Below are positions 38,460 to 48,761 of a stretch of DNA of 64,000 nucleotides, in pieces (position 1 is the first letter of the stretch; every line of letters starts with the position of its first letter). The DNA comes from Flavobacteriales bacterium (GTDB taxonomy: Bacteria > Bacteroidota > Bacteroidia > Flavobacteriales_F > PHOS-HE28), in assembly GCA_017987115.1 (NCBI GenBank), contig JAGNUG010000006.1, positions 459-64,458 on the forward strand. The letters are read 5' to 3'. A program made the translations under genes and the position numbers. Under the pieces are notes generated by a model. The model ran no database searches, was not told where the DNA came from, and saw only the letters and a program-made list of their open reading frames with translations.

Positions 38460-38690
38460 CGGGTGTAAATCTAACCTGAGCGATGTGATAGTCAAGGCTA
38501 GAAATGCCTAGTCCATTCTGCTCTTTTGATCCAGAATTATTCGGATCGGTCACATTGCCTTAAGGGGCACTCCTGCATCCAATGACCGATCATCCCTTCC
38601 ATCCATTGCGTTATCCGTTCGTGTAACGCAAGGACTCACGGTCGGAATACCACCGTAGCTTCGTGCCGTGATCCAAAACCAACGTATTTA

Positions 38691-40496
38691 ATGAGACAAT
38701 TCTTCAAATTCATGTTCGCCTCAATGATCGGAACTTTTCTGGTCGGCGTTCTCTTGGTATTCGTATTCATAGGAATGGTAGCCGCTTCCATTGCTTCCGG
38801 ACTGAACAGTAAAGGAAGCACAGCGAAGATCAAAGATGGCACCGTATTGCATTTAATGTTGGACAATGAGATCGTGGACCGTGGAGAAAAGGACCCGTTC
38901 GAGATCGACCTGGGGCCCTTTCAGGCAGAGGCAAAAACCGGATTGAACACTTTGCTAACGAGTATAGAGAACGCCAAAGCAGATGACCATATCGAAGGTA
39001 TTTTCCTGGACCTTACCTCTTTGCAGACCGGTTTCGCTACGATCAAGGAGATCCGTGAAAAGGTCCTGGAATTCAAAGAAGCCAGCGGCAAACCGGTGAT
39101 CGCATACAGCGAAATGTATTCGCAAGGCGCATATTATCTGGCCACAGCCGCTGACGCGATCTATTTGCAACCGAAAGGAGAACTGACATTCATGGGCCTA
39201 CGCAGTGAGTATATGTTCTTCGATGGCTTATTCAAAAAACTGGATATCGATATCCAATTCATCCGTGGCACCAATAACAAGTTCAAAAGTTTTGGGGAGA
39301 TGTATACCCAAGATCATATGAGCGAAGCCAATAAGGAGCAGAACCGCGCTTTGCTCAGCGGGATGTGGAACGAGTATCTGACCGCAATAAGTGAAAGTCG
39401 GAAACTGGATAAAGCAAGACTGAATATTATTGCCGACAGCTTAGAGGTCCGGAATGCTGACGATGCGTTAGCACTTGGGATGATCGACGGAATAAAATTC
39501 CGGGACGAGGTTCTGGATATCCTGAAGGATAAAATGGCATTGGACAAAGAAAAGTCAATTGAGTTCGTGCAGTTGCGGAAGTATGCCCAGACGTTCACTC
39601 CTTCATTCTCAACAAAGAACGACGGATCAAGCAAGGGCAAGTTGGCGGTGATCTATGCAGAGGGTGGTATTTCCTCGGGCGAAAGTTCTGACGGAACGAT
39701 CGGCAGTACTTCCCTTTCCGAGACCATTCGCGAAGCGCGTGAAGACACTACGATCAAAGCCATTGTTTTGCGCGTGAACAGCCCAGGTGGAAGCGGTCTG
39801 GCGAGTGATGTGATCTGGCGAGAGGTCGCATTGGCAACCAAGGTCAAGCCGGTTATCGTTAGCATGGGTGATGTGGCTGCTTCGGGAGGTTATTACATCA
39901 GTGTACCCGCAACGCGGATCTTCGCTGAACCCAACACCATCACTGGTTCAATAGGTGTGTTCGGAATAATACCCAACATGCAGGGCTTCTTCAACAACAA
40001 GACAGGGATCACCTTTGATGGTACCAAAACGCACAAGTTCGCGGATATGATGACCATTACCCGCCCTTTGACCGAAGAAGAAAAAGGGATCATTCAGGGC
40101 TATGTGGACGATTTCTATACCACATTCAAAGAACGTGTTGCTGAGGGTCGGAAAATGACCGTGGATCAAGTGGATAGCATCGGCCAAGGGCGTGTTTGGA
40201 CAGGTATTGATGCGAAAGAACGCGGCCTGGTAGATGAACTTGGTGGCTTGGAAGATGCTATTAAAGCTGCAGCTGATATTGCTGGGCTCACGGACTATAC
40301 CACGACGGAATTGCCTGTTCAGAAAGATCTTCTTGAACAGATCCTGGAAGACATCAGTGGACAGACTAAAGCATGGATGGCCAGTGAAATTATGGGTGAA
40401 GACCTGGAGCTATTGGGTCAATTCAAGCGGGCTTCAGAGGTTCGCAAGCAAATGGGCGTTCAAGCCCGGATGGAGTTCGATCTGAATATCAGGTAA
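38691..40496 (+). CDS. sppA: Signal peptide peptidase SppA, 67K type
   Basis: 601 aa with an N-terminal TM helix and two S49 domains; GDVAASGGYY carries the nucleophile motif. Confidence 0.92.
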   Translation: MRQFFKFMFASMIGTFLVGVLLVFVFIGMVAASIASGLNSKGSTAKIKDGTVLHLMLDNEIVDRGEKDPFEIDLGPFQAEAKTGLNTLLTSIENAKADDHIEGIFLDLTSLQTGFATIKEIREKVLEFKEASGKPVIAYSEMYSQGAYYLATAADAIYLQPKGELTFMGLRSEYMFFDGLFKKLDIDIQFIRGTNNKFKSFGEMYTQDHMSEANKEQNRALLSGMWNEYLTAISESRKLDKARLNIIADSLEVRNADDALALGMIDGIKFRDEVLDILKDKMALDKEKSIEFVQLRKYAQTFTPSFSTKNDGSSKGKLAVIYAEGGISSGESSDGTIGSTSLSETIREAREDTTIKAIVLRVNSPGGSGLASDVIWREVALATKVKPVIVSMGDVAASGGYYISVPATRIFAEPNTITGSIGVFGIIPNMQGFFNNKTGITFDGTKTHKFADMMTITRPLTEEEKGIIQGYVDDFYTTFKERVAEGRKMTVDQVDSIGQGRVWTGIDAKERGLVDELGGLEDAIKAAADIAGLTDYTTTELPVQKDLLEQILEDISGQTKAWMASEIMGEDLELLGQFKRASEVRKQMGVQARMEFDLNIR

Positions 40497-40514
40497 CCGT
40501 TCGCCAGTTCATCG

Positions 40515-40557
40515 AAAAGCCCCGTATCCAGCGTTCGCCGGTACGGGGCTTTTCTTT
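40515..40557. terminator. Bidirectional rho-independent terminator between convergent genes
   Basis: A 12-bp stem AAAAGCCCCGTA ... TACGGGGCTTTT is flanked by A and T runs. It lies between the sppA stop (40496) and the stop of the minus-strand gene (40567). Confidence 0.75.
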
Positions 40558-40566
40558 CCCTAACAT

Positions 40567-41868
40567 TCAATTAACTAACCAAAACCTGACCCTTGTTACG
40601 GAGGTTCTTGAAGAAAGTTCCATTAAGTACTGACCAGGCGCAAGATCAGATAGGTCCATGCTCCCTGGATCACCCAGGTAAGGCTCTGTTCGCAGCTTTC
40701 TCCCTAACGCATCAATGACCGAAATAACTTGATCGGTTACAGTGAGGGACGTTGAAAAATGAATAATTCCTGTCGATGGATTAGGGTATAGCTGAAGTCT
40801 CGAAGCAACTTGCTCACTAAGCCCTAACACAGGCTGAATAAGCCAATGCGTATCCAGAACCAAGGCTCCGGATCCAATACCACCACAAATATGGAAAGAT
40901 CCATTCGTTGTTTGCCCTATGCCTCTTATGTCCATTACGGCCTGATCGGTAGGGCTAGCAACCAGGGTACCACTGTAGTTGAGCACTCCTACTTCAGCGA
41001 CCGGAGATACAATACCACTACCGTTGTATGCGACCGCATCATAATTGTAGCTGATGGCCGAGCCACCAAGCCAGAACGGCCTTCCATTGTATGACCCACA
41101 TCCGGACCGGTAACTATTTCTGAGCGTAGCTACAGCCGGTAACCAGGTTATTTGAGCAGGGTCTGTCGGATCTATGACTCCGATCCGCAGATCATCCTGG
41201 GCACCGAAACTTCCCGAAGATGATGCTCCACCATAATAGAAGATCGTGTCCCCAATGATCGTGCCACTCGCTCCGAATGCCTTATAGCTGTTATTGTTCG
41301 GCACAGGTGTACCAACCGACCAAAGATCCAATGCCGGGTCATAGATCTGCACGGCAGGAACGTTCGTGTTCTGACTCCATCCTGTAATAACGAAGATCAG
41401 GCTGTCCCTCCAAACCGCTTGGACATGATCATCAATGGGAATAGGGATCGTAGCGCCATCCGTTAACCACGAGTTCGTATTCAGGTCCAACCGATGAACC
41501 CGATCCGAACTGCGCTCGAACGGCGATGTCGGAAATACATGGTACCCTCCGACTACGTACGCAACACCATCCACAACACTTGCTGCGGAAGCGATCTTTC
41601 CGGAGGTATCCGGGATCTGTGGAAGAACCGTCCAGTTCCCGGAAGCACTGCGATACATGTATGCTTCGCGATGGATGTTCTGCAATTCCAGACCGGTTGT
41701 AATACCACCAAACGAATACACGCGTTGATCGCTGTTCACTACGGCTGAACAAACGGCATTATTCGCTGTGGGCATAGGCAAAGGCGCCAAGGGTTGCCAG
41801 GACCAATTCACTTGGGCACTCACCATGATGAAATTCGCGAAACAGATCAAGATCAAAAGGCACCTCAT
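40567..41868 (-). CDS. Kelch-repeat beta-propeller protein with T9SS C-terminal sorting domain
   Basis: It has a signal peptide and repeated Kelch-like blocks (YSFGG, YVVGGY, FYYGG, FWLGG). The C-terminal LQLYPNPSTGIIHF...GQYLMEL...VRFWLVN resembles a T9SS type A CTD. Confidence 0.7.
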   Translation of the reverse strand: MRCLLILICFANFIMVSAQVNWSWQPLAPLPMPTANNAVCSAVVNSDQRVYSFGGITTGLELQNIHREAYMYRSASGNWTVLPQIPDTSGKIASAASVVDGVAYVVGGYHVFPTSPFERSSDRVHRLDLNTNSWLTDGATIPIPIDDHVQAVWRDSLIFVITGWSQNTNVPAVQIYDPALDLWSVGTPVPNNNSYKAFGASGTIIGDTIFYYGGASSSGSFGAQDDLRIGVIDPTDPAQITWLPAVATLRNSYRSGCGSYNGRPFWLGGSAISYNYDAVAYNGSGIVSPVAEVGVLNYSGTLVASPTDQAVMDIRGIGQTTNGSFHICGGIGSGALVLDTHWLIQPVLGLSEQVASRLQLYPNPSTGIIHFSTSLTVTDQVISVIDALGRKLRTEPYLGDPGSMDLSDLAPGQYLMELSSRTSVTRVRFWLVN

Positions 41869-42659
41869 CCTATGTTCACATGATAACCAGTATGGTTCCG
41901 GATGTTCAACACTCGGCCATCCTCCCAGATCAAATACTGACCTTTAATTCCCATTAACCTTCCGCTGACTTCAGGCGTCTTGGCCAATTGCACGCTTACA
42001 ACCTTCGGAGGGTAAGCAAGCAATGGATATTCAAGGATCACCGGCTCCTCTTGGGGTAACAGATACTTATGCAGCTCTGCTGGCAACGACGCAAATCCTT
42101 GATCGCGGATCTCCTTCAGGCCTTTGCCATCCGGGTCTACTTTTTTAAGCATGGCCCGCCAATTGGTGCGATCCGCAAAGCCAGATTTCAGGTTCACTTC
42201 GATCTCACCGGCCAACTGACGGTAAGGAACGCGCGCTATGGCAACAGCAGCAACAGCGCCTTGGTCAATCCAACGCGTTGGAACCTGCGTGCTGCGCGTG
42301 ATGCCAACCTTGATACCCGAAGTGCGACTGAGATAAACGACGTGCTCCGTAAAGTGATGCTCCTTTTCCCATTCAGGGTCGCGTCCCTCGCCCAAGTGTG
42401 CTTTACACAACTCAGGACGTACAATGCATTCCGCAGCTTCAGGGGCGTTCTGCAAACACGGGAAGCAAAACCCTTGCCCGTAGAATTTCTTCACGCGTTT
42501 ACCACAGCTGCAACAACTCAAAGCTCCTGTTGCATGCACGGCGAATTGCTTACCGATGTAAGGTCCAAGATCGACAAGCCCATCCGGTGATCGGATCGCA
42601 TAGTGCACTACACCATCAATATTAGCAGGCATTTTCGAGAGCGGGAACCCGTCTATCAT
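41865..42659 (-). CDS. DUF2797 domain-containing protein (zinc-ribbon-like)
   Basis: The cysteine clusters CCSCGKRVKKFYGQGFCFPCL match my recollection of DUF2797. Its stop overlaps the Kelch gene start (ATGA at 41865-41868). ATG at 42659 is preferred over the TTG at 42674. Confidence 0.7.
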   Translation of the reverse strand: MIDGFPLSKMPANIDGVVHYAIRSPDGLVDLGPYIGKQFAVHATGALSCCSCGKRVKKFYGQGFCFPCLQNAPEAAECIVRPELCKAHLGEGRDPEWEKEHHFTEHVVYLSRTSGIKVGITRSTQVPTRWIDQGAVAAVAIARVPYRQLAGEIEVNLKSGFADRTNWRAMLKKVDPDGKGLKEIRDQGFASLPAELHKYLLPQEEPVILEYPLLAYPPKVVSVQLAKTPEVSGRLMGIKGQYLIWEDGRVLNIRNHTGYHVNIG

Positions 42660-42849
42660 CTGTTTTGCATTCAACTTTCGGTGAAGGTATCATCCTGGAA
42701 AAAAACGCAGCGCAATTTCCGTTTTCATTGAAGCGACCCATCCACCGCAACACATATTATTATCAACAAGATCGAACATTTTCGAACCAAGTCTTGATCC
42801 AATTGTGGTTTGATGGAATAAGTTGGCGATCTTCGCTAGCAGAAATCAG

Positions 42850-44361
42850 ATGCCCTTGAACGCGCTCGTCTCTTTTTTAATAAAGAAACGTCTGCAACAG
42901 ATCCAACTGTTCCAGGACAATCCTGGTATGGCTCAACTGGAGGTTTTCTTAGCATTGATCCAAGCAGCCAAGTATACTGAGTGGGGTCGTAAATATCACT
43001 TCTCTTCGATCACCGACCCGGATGTATTCCGAAGTCGGATGCCGTTGCAGGATTACAACGACCTGAAGCCTGTCGTACAGCGATTGCGCAAGGGTGAACA
43101 GAATATCATCTGGCCCACCGATGTGCGTTGGTTTGCAAAGAGCAGCGGCACCACGAATGACAGAAGCAAGTTCATTCCGGTCAGTCGCGAGGCGTTGGAA
43201 GATTGCCATTACAAAGGGGGAAAAGACCTTATTGCTTTCCACTATCAGCAATTCCCTGAAAGCAATTTGTATAAAGGCAAGAGCTTGGTCGTGGGAGGTA
43301 GCAGCAACATTGAACAATTCCGGGCAGATGCTTATTCCGGAGACCTGAGCGCGATCATCATCCGGAATCTTCCCATTTGGGTCGAAGTACGCAGAACGCC
43401 TGTGATGGAAACCGCGTTGATGGATAATTGGGAAGTGAAGATCGAACAAATGGCGCGTGAGACCATGCGCGAAGATGTGACCTGCATTGCTGGTGTACCC
43501 TCTTGGACATTGGTGTTGATGAAACGGATCCTTGAGATAACGGGGAAACAGAATATTCTTGAAGTGTGGCCCAATCTGGAATTGTTCATGCATGGTGGCG
43601 TGAGCTTCAGACCATATCGTGCACAGTTCGAGGCATTGATCCCATCCCCTACCATGAACTATCTGGAGAGCTATAATGCTTCCGAAGGGTCTTTCGCGAT
43701 CCAGGACCGGTATGGCGCGGATGACATGTTACTGATGTTGGATTATGGTATCTTCTATGAATTCATTCCATTGAGCGAATTGGATCATGCCAAGCCACGG
43801 ACCTTGCTTTTGCATGAAGTTGAATTGGATACACATTACGCGATCGTGATCAGCACCAATGCGGGATTGTGGCGGTATATGCCAGGTGATACCGTTCGTT
43901 TTACCAGCCTTGCACCGCACCGCGTGCAGGTCAGTGGTCGCACCAAGAGTTTCATCAATGCATTCGGTGAAGAGCTGATCGTGGAGAATGCGGATAAAGG
44001 AATACAAGCCGCTTGTAACGCCACAAGAGCCATTGTGAATGAATACACCGCCGGACCAGTTTATATGGATGCCGAACACCTGGGAGGACACGAATGGATC
44101 ATTGAATTCCAGAACCATCCGAACGATCTGGCCCGATTCGTGGAAGTTCTGGATGTGACCATGAGGCGTCTGAATTCTGACTACGATGCGAAACGCAAAG
44201 GTGATATGGCACTTGTGCTGCCCATTGTACGCGCAGTTGCTCCGGGCACGTTCTACGAATGGATGAAACAACGCGGTAAACTGGGCGGCCAGAACAAAGT
44301 TCCACGACTGAGCAATGACCGCACATACCTTGATGCGTTGTTGGTACCGGAACTAGCATGA
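42850..44361 (+). CDS. GH3-family (ANL-superfamily acyl-acid amido synthetase-like) protein
   Basis: FAKSSGTTNDRSKFIPVS (the GH3 SSGTT nucleotide motif), about 500 aa. ATG at 42850. Confidence 0.85.
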   Translation: MPLNALVSFLIKKRLQQIQLFQDNPGMAQLEVFLALIQAAKYTEWGRKYHFSSITDPDVFRSRMPLQDYNDLKPVVQRLRKGEQNIIWPTDVRWFAKSSGTTNDRSKFIPVSREALEDCHYKGGKDLIAFHYQQFPESNLYKGKSLVVGGSSNIEQFRADAYSGDLSAIIIRNLPIWVEVRRTPVMETALMDNWEVKIEQMARETMREDVTCIAGVPSWTLVLMKRILEITGKQNILEVWPNLELFMHGGVSFRPYRAQFEALIPSPTMNYLESYNASEGSFAIQDRYGADDMLLMLDYGIFYEFIPLSELDHAKPRTLLLHEVELDTHYAIVISTNAGLWRYMPGDTVRFTSLAPHRVQVSGRTKSFINAFGEELIVENADKGIQAACNATRAIVNEYTAGPVYMDAEHLGGHEWIIEFQNHPNDLARFVEVLDVTMRRLNSDYDAKRKGDMALVLPIVRAVAPGTFYEWMKQRGKLGGQNKVPRLSNDRTYLDALLVPELA

Positions 44362-45164
44362 AGGTGTTTCTTCTATTCATAATGTTCGCGAGCTGCGCGA
44401 ACATGCGCGCGCAAGTTGTTGATCAGCCTATCGTGATCAATGGCCACTTCGATAAATTCACGACGGATGAATTGGGCAATAGCTATGCACTCCGTGGAGA
44501 TGAACTTGAATTGTTCAATGCCGAAGGAAAGAGTTGGTTACGTAATAGTGTGAAGACTTTCGGGCGCATCGGCACCATCGATGCATTTTATTCCTTGAAG
44601 CCGATGTTGTTCGCACCCGAACAAGGTCAGCTTGTCGTTCTTGACAATACATTGAGTGTTCAAGGTAGCGTCATGAACCTCTCTCGTAGTGGGTACACAC
44701 AAGTGGTGTTGGCCTGCATGAGCGTGCAGAATCATTTCTGGTTCTACGATGAACGGGAAATGGCACTCGTCCGTGCAAACGCTCAATTAAGGCGCACCGC
44801 GAACACTGGAAGGATCGATCAACTACTCGGTTTTACTGTGCAACCGATCTCCATGCAAGAGCATGAAAATTGGCTCTTCGTTCATGATAAAGAACATGGA
44901 CTGTTGGTGTTCGATCTATTCGGTACATACGCCCGCACGATCCCGCTGTTGAACATGCAAAGCTTTGAAGTTCGTGGTGGTGTGATCTATTTCTATGGTG
45001 ATGATGGACTACAGCGCTATGATATGCGTTCGTTCGAGATAACACCGATCGAGATCCTGCTTGATGAAAATACGACCATTCGCGATGTACGGGTTGAGTT
45101 AGGAAAAGCCTATGTTCTGCTCGAAGAATCGATCCTCATTCTACCCTTGAACGGACCAAGATGA
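44358..45164 (+). CDS. Hypothetical secreted protein
   Basis: 268 aa with signal peptide MKVFLLFIMFASCANMRAQ. The start overlaps the GH3 stop (ATGA). I recognise no motif. Confidence 0.55.
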   Translation: MKVFLLFIMFASCANMRAQVVDQPIVINGHFDKFTTDELGNSYALRGDELELFNAEGKSWLRNSVKTFGRIGTIDAFYSLKPMLFAPEQGQLVVLDNTLSVQGSVMNLSRSGYTQVVLACMSVQNHFWFYDEREMALVRANAQLRRTANTGRIDQLLGFTVQPISMQEHENWLFVHDKEHGLLVFDLFGTYARTIPLLNMQSFEVRGGVIYFYGDDGLQRYDMRSFEITPIEILLDENTTIRDVRVELGKAYVLLEESILILPLNGPR

Positions 45165-45328
45165 TCGGATCGTTCGATCGATCCGCTGCAGATCGTTGAT
45201 CGCGCAATTCATGAATTACCGCGATGCCCCTAGCGACACGTGATGACATGGATCCGAGACCAACGACTTATCCACATCACTATCATCCGTAGAATGTGTC
45301 GGGTATCTTCGCGCTCCTAACTACAACA

Positions 45329-46048
45329 ATGCATATCGCGATCGCAGGCAATATCGGCTCCGGAAAAACCACTCTGACAAAGCTGTTGGCCAAACATTAC
45401 AAGTGGGACCAATTGGAAGAGGCTGTTGACAACAACCCATACTTGTTCGATTTCTATAAGGACATGCAGCGCTGGAGTTTCAACCTCCAGATCTTCTTCC
45501 TGAACTCACGCTTTGAACAATTATTGGAGATCCGCCGTAGTGGACGCAATGTGATCCAGGATCGGACGATATACGAGGATGCATTCATTTTCGCTCCCAA
45601 CTTGCATGCAATGGGGTTGATGACCTCACGCGATTTCGAGAACTACTTCCGGTTGTTCAACAACATGGACAACTCCATTACGCCTCCTGACCTGTTGATC
45701 TACTTGCAAGCGCCTGTTGAAAAATTGGTAAAGCAGATCAGCGAACGCGGTCGCGAATACGAGAACAGCATCAGCATTGATTACCTGAAGCGCTTGAACG
45801 AACGCTACAATGGATGGATCGAGAAGTATGATAAAGGCAAAGTGCTGATCATCGACGTGGAGGACAACAGTTTCCACAATAACCCGGAACATTTGGGCAA
45901 GATCATCAACTCCATTGATGCGGAGATACATGGCTTGTTCCCCTTGGAACCAGCTCAACGAAAAGTAGCGAAAGCAGAACCGAAAGCGGCGGTAAAGACC
46001 AAGGCCAAAGCGACGGCGACCACTAAAAAGAAATTAGCGAAGGCTTGA
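45329..46048 (+). CDS. Deoxynucleoside kinase (paralogue 2) with Lys/Ala-rich C-terminal tail
   Basis: MHIAIAGNIGSGKTTLTKLLA P-loop and dNK-family motifs (DRTIYED, ERGREYE). The tail is QRKVAKAEPKAAVKTKAKATATTKKKLAKA. Confidence 0.87.
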   Translation: MHIAIAGNIGSGKTTLTKLLAKHYKWDQLEEAVDNNPYLFDFYKDMQRWSFNLQIFFLNSRFEQLLEIRRSGRNVIQDRTIYEDAFIFAPNLHAMGLMTSRDFENYFRLFNNMDNSITPPDLLIYLQAPVEKLVKQISERGREYENSISIDYLKRLNERYNGWIEKYDKGKVLIIDVEDNSFHNNPEHLGKIINSIDAEIHGLFPLEPAQRKVAKAEPKAAVKTKAKATATTKKKLAKA

Positions 46049-46073
46049 GCGAACTTGCTATCTGTTGAACCAA

Positions 46074-46110
46074 GAAGCCCCACCTTCAGTAATCCTGAAT
46101 GTGGGGCTTC
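46074..46110 (+). terminator. Hairpin, possible terminator of the kinase gene
   Basis: A GAAGCCCCAC ... GTGGGGCTTC 10-bp stem (with inner TTCAG/CTGAA pairing) lies 26 nt after the stop. The T tract is weak. Confidence 0.45.
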
Positions 46111-46285
46111 TACTTGTAATGGAGGAATATCTTCCTAGACTACTTGCTTCGGGATGTTGTGATCCTTCTCCTCCATAGTGTGAAATATGAGAAGGATCTC
46201 AATGCGATCTTAGCATTACTCCATCCGACTTCAGCACTTGTATTCCAGCATTTCAGTCGATCGAATTTGAACCATCCGGATCGCA

Positions 46286-46329
46286 CAAAGAAATAAGGGT
46301 TGAACGAACTCACTGTTCGCTCAACCCTT
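46286..46329 (-). terminator. Rho-independent terminator of hppA
   Basis: The minus strand reads AAGGGTTGAGCGAAC-AGTGA-GTTCGTTCAACCCTT followed by ATTTCTTTG, 33 nt after the stop at 46362. Confidence 0.7.
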
Positions 46330-46361
46330 TTTCGCGTTAATTAGGATGCGCAGGAAAAGAT

Positions 46362-48590
46362 CTAGTTGTAATCGGTTTCGGTTACCGTAAAAGCGTTCTC
46401 TACCACGTTCTGCTTAACCGTTTCCACTTTTACTACTTCTAATGTTGGCGTTGGTGCCAGATCAGCACTATGCACATTGCTTTCGTTGATATGCGGAGCA
46501 ATGATCAACGCAACGATCGATGTCAATTTGATCAAAATATTCATGGATGGACCTGAAGTATCCTTGAACGGATCACCAACCGTATCACCAGTAACAGCAG
46601 CCTTATGTGGCTCGCTACCCTTCTCAAAGGTCTTGCCGTCGATCACTACACCTTTCTCAAAACTCTTTTTGGCATTGTCCCATGCACCACCAGCATTGTT
46701 CTGGAACATGCCCATCAGAACTCCACTTACTGTAATACCAGCAAGCAGACCACCCAATGCTTCGGGGCCAGCCAGGAAGCCGACCAATAAAGGTGAGATC
46801 AACGCCAACGCACCAGGAGCGATCATCTCGCGGATCGAAGCCTTGGTACTAATCGCTACACATTTCTCGTACTCCGGTGTTGCGGTGCCTTCCATGATAC
46901 CGGGAATGTCGCGGAACTGACGACGAACTTCATATACCATGTCCATAGCAGCTTTACCAACAGCACTGATCGCAAGTGAGCTGAAGAAGAACGGGATCAT
47001 TCCACCGACGAACAACATCGCAAGCACGTTCGCTTTGTAAATATCGATCCCTGTGATGCCTGACATGCCTACATAAGCTGCAAACAATGCAAGAGCCGTT
47101 AATGCCGCAGATGCAATGGCGAATCCTTTTCCCGTTGCTGCGGTCGTATTCCCAACAGCATCAAGATTATCCGTGCGCTCACGAACCTCTTTCGGCAAAT
47201 GGCTCATTTCCGCAATACCACCAGCGTTATCCGCAATAGGACCGAATGCATCAATGGCCAACTGCATTGCCGTTGTGGCCATCATACCTGCCGCGGCAAT
47301 GGCAACGCCATACATACCTGCCAATTCGAAGGAGCCCCAGATACCTGCAGCGAGGATCAGGATCGGTAATACTGTACTTTCCATACCCATTGCCAAACCT
47401 CCGATGACGTTGGTACCATGACCCGTTCCACTTTTCTGTACAATGCTATCAACCGGACGGCGACCCATGCTGGTGTAGTACTCGGTCACCATACTCATCA
47501 ACGTTCCCACGACCAAACCTAGCATGATGGCGTAGAACACGTTCATGCTTGTGATGTCAACGGAAACACCATTGCGAACGAATTGCATGGTCTCTGGCAA
47601 CATCCATTTAACCAAAGGATAGCTGGAAACGGCAACAAGGACCATGGATCCCCAGTTACCCATATTCAATGCGGACATTACGCTGTCCGTATCCTTATTG
47701 ATGCGCACGAAGAAGGTTCCAATAATGCTGAACAGAACTCCAAGGCCGGCGATCACCATTGGCAACAGGATCGGTGCCATACCGCCGAAATTATCAGCGC
47801 TGACCACCTCACGACCCAATACCATGGTCGCCAACATAGTGGCCACATAACTGCCGAAAAGGTCGGCACCCATACCTGCCACATCACCCACGTTGTCACC
47901 AACGTTATCCGCGATGGTTGCCGGGTTACGCGCATCATCTTCCGGAATACCTGCTTCAACTTTACCTACGAGGTCAGCACCAACGTCCGCCGCTTTGGTG
48001 TAGATACCTCCGCCCACACGCGCGAACAATGCAATACTCTCTGCACCCAATGAAAATCCTGCGAGTACTTCCAAGCACTTCATCATTTCAACACCATTCG
48101 CACCTGCATCACCAACGTACATGCCCAGGAAAACGATGAATAAGGTGCTCAATCCAACAACAGCTAGACCTGCGACACCCAATCCCATAACGGCACCGCC
48201 ATTAAAGGATACCTGCAATGCTTTCTTCAAACTGGTGCGCGCTGCCTGTGTGGTCCGAACGTTCGCTTTAGTCGCAATGCTCATGCCGATCCAACCTGCA
48301 AATGCACTGAAGAACGCACCGATCAAAAAGGCGATGGCAATTACCCAGTCGCTATTCTCATGTAAGGTTCCACTCCATGCCAAAAGAACAGCAGCTATCG
48401 CAGCGAAAATGCCCAATACCTTCCACTCGGCCTTCAAGAATGCGCTAGCACCTCTGGCAATGTAGCCAGCAAGCTTCTGCATGTTCTCGTCACCTGCATC
48501 CTGCTTGTTCACCCAAATGGCCTTGGCGATCATCACAACCAGGCCAACCGCTCCCATCAAAGGGATATAGTACATGATCTCACTTCCCAT
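46362..48590 (-). CDS. hppA: Membrane-bound ion-translocating pyrophosphatase (K+-dependent type)
   Basis: 742 aa and polytopic, with [22 protein letters not shown] has Ala rather than Lys at the position that distinguishes K+-dependent enzymes. Confidence 0.95.
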   Translation of the reverse strand: MGSEIMYYIPLMGAVGLVVMIAKAIWVNKQDAGDENMQKLAGYIARGASAFLKAEWKVLGIFAAIAAVLLAWSGTLHENSDWVIAIAFLIGAFFSAFAGWIGMSIATKANVRTTQAARTSLKKALQVSFNGGAVMGLGVAGLAVVGLSTLFIVFLGMYVGDAGANGVEMMKCLEVLAGFSLGAESIALFARVGGGIYTKAADVGADLVGKVEAGIPEDDARNPATIADNVGDNVGDVAGMGADLFGSYVATMLATMVLGREVVSADNFGGMAPILLPMVIAGLGVLFSIIGTFFVRINKDTDSVMSALNMGNWGSMVLVAVSSYPLVKWMLPETMQFVRNGVSVDITSMNVFYAIMLGLVVGTLMSMVTEYYTSMGRRPVDSIVQKSGTGHGTNVIGGLAMGMESTVLPILILAAGIWGSFELAGMYGVAIAAAGMMATTAMQLAIDAFGPIADNAGGIAEMSHLPKEVRERTDNLDAVGNTTAATGKGFAIASAALTALALFAAYVGMSGITGIDIYKANVLAMLFVGGMIPFFFSSLAISAVGKAAMDMVYEVRRQFRDIPGIMEGTATPEYEKCVAISTKASIREMIAPGALALISPLLVGFLAGPEALGGLLAGITVSGVLMGMFQNNAGGAWDNAKKSFEKGVVIDGKTFEKGSEPHKAAVTGDTVGDPFKDTSGPSMNILIKLTSIVALIIAPHINESNVHSADLAPTPTLEVVKVETVKQNVVENAFTVTETDYN

Positions 48591-48665
48591 TTCTAATCTG
48601 TTGTTCTTTCGTTAACGTTCTGTTCTTCAGCGGAAAAACGCATTGTCCTCGATTTCGAGGGGCCG

Positions 48666-48673
48666 CAAAAATA
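48666..48673 (-). promoter_or_regulatory. Putative -7 box (TATTTTTG) for hppA
   Basis: TAnnTTTG match about 75 nt upstream of the ATG at 48590, followed by the GC-rich CGGCCCC. Confidence 0.4.
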
Positions 48674-48761
48674 GACGAATGGTTGGATCCAGCGGCAGCG
48701 AAAAACAGAAGTCTTCACCACGAGCACGCTCGTTCCGTCCTACAACCCTTGAATTTACAGT

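Noticed and set aside
42949-43593. 214-aa minus-strand ORF inside the GH3 gene
   Set aside because: It is an antisense shadow. The plus-strand frame carries the GH3 SSGTT motif.
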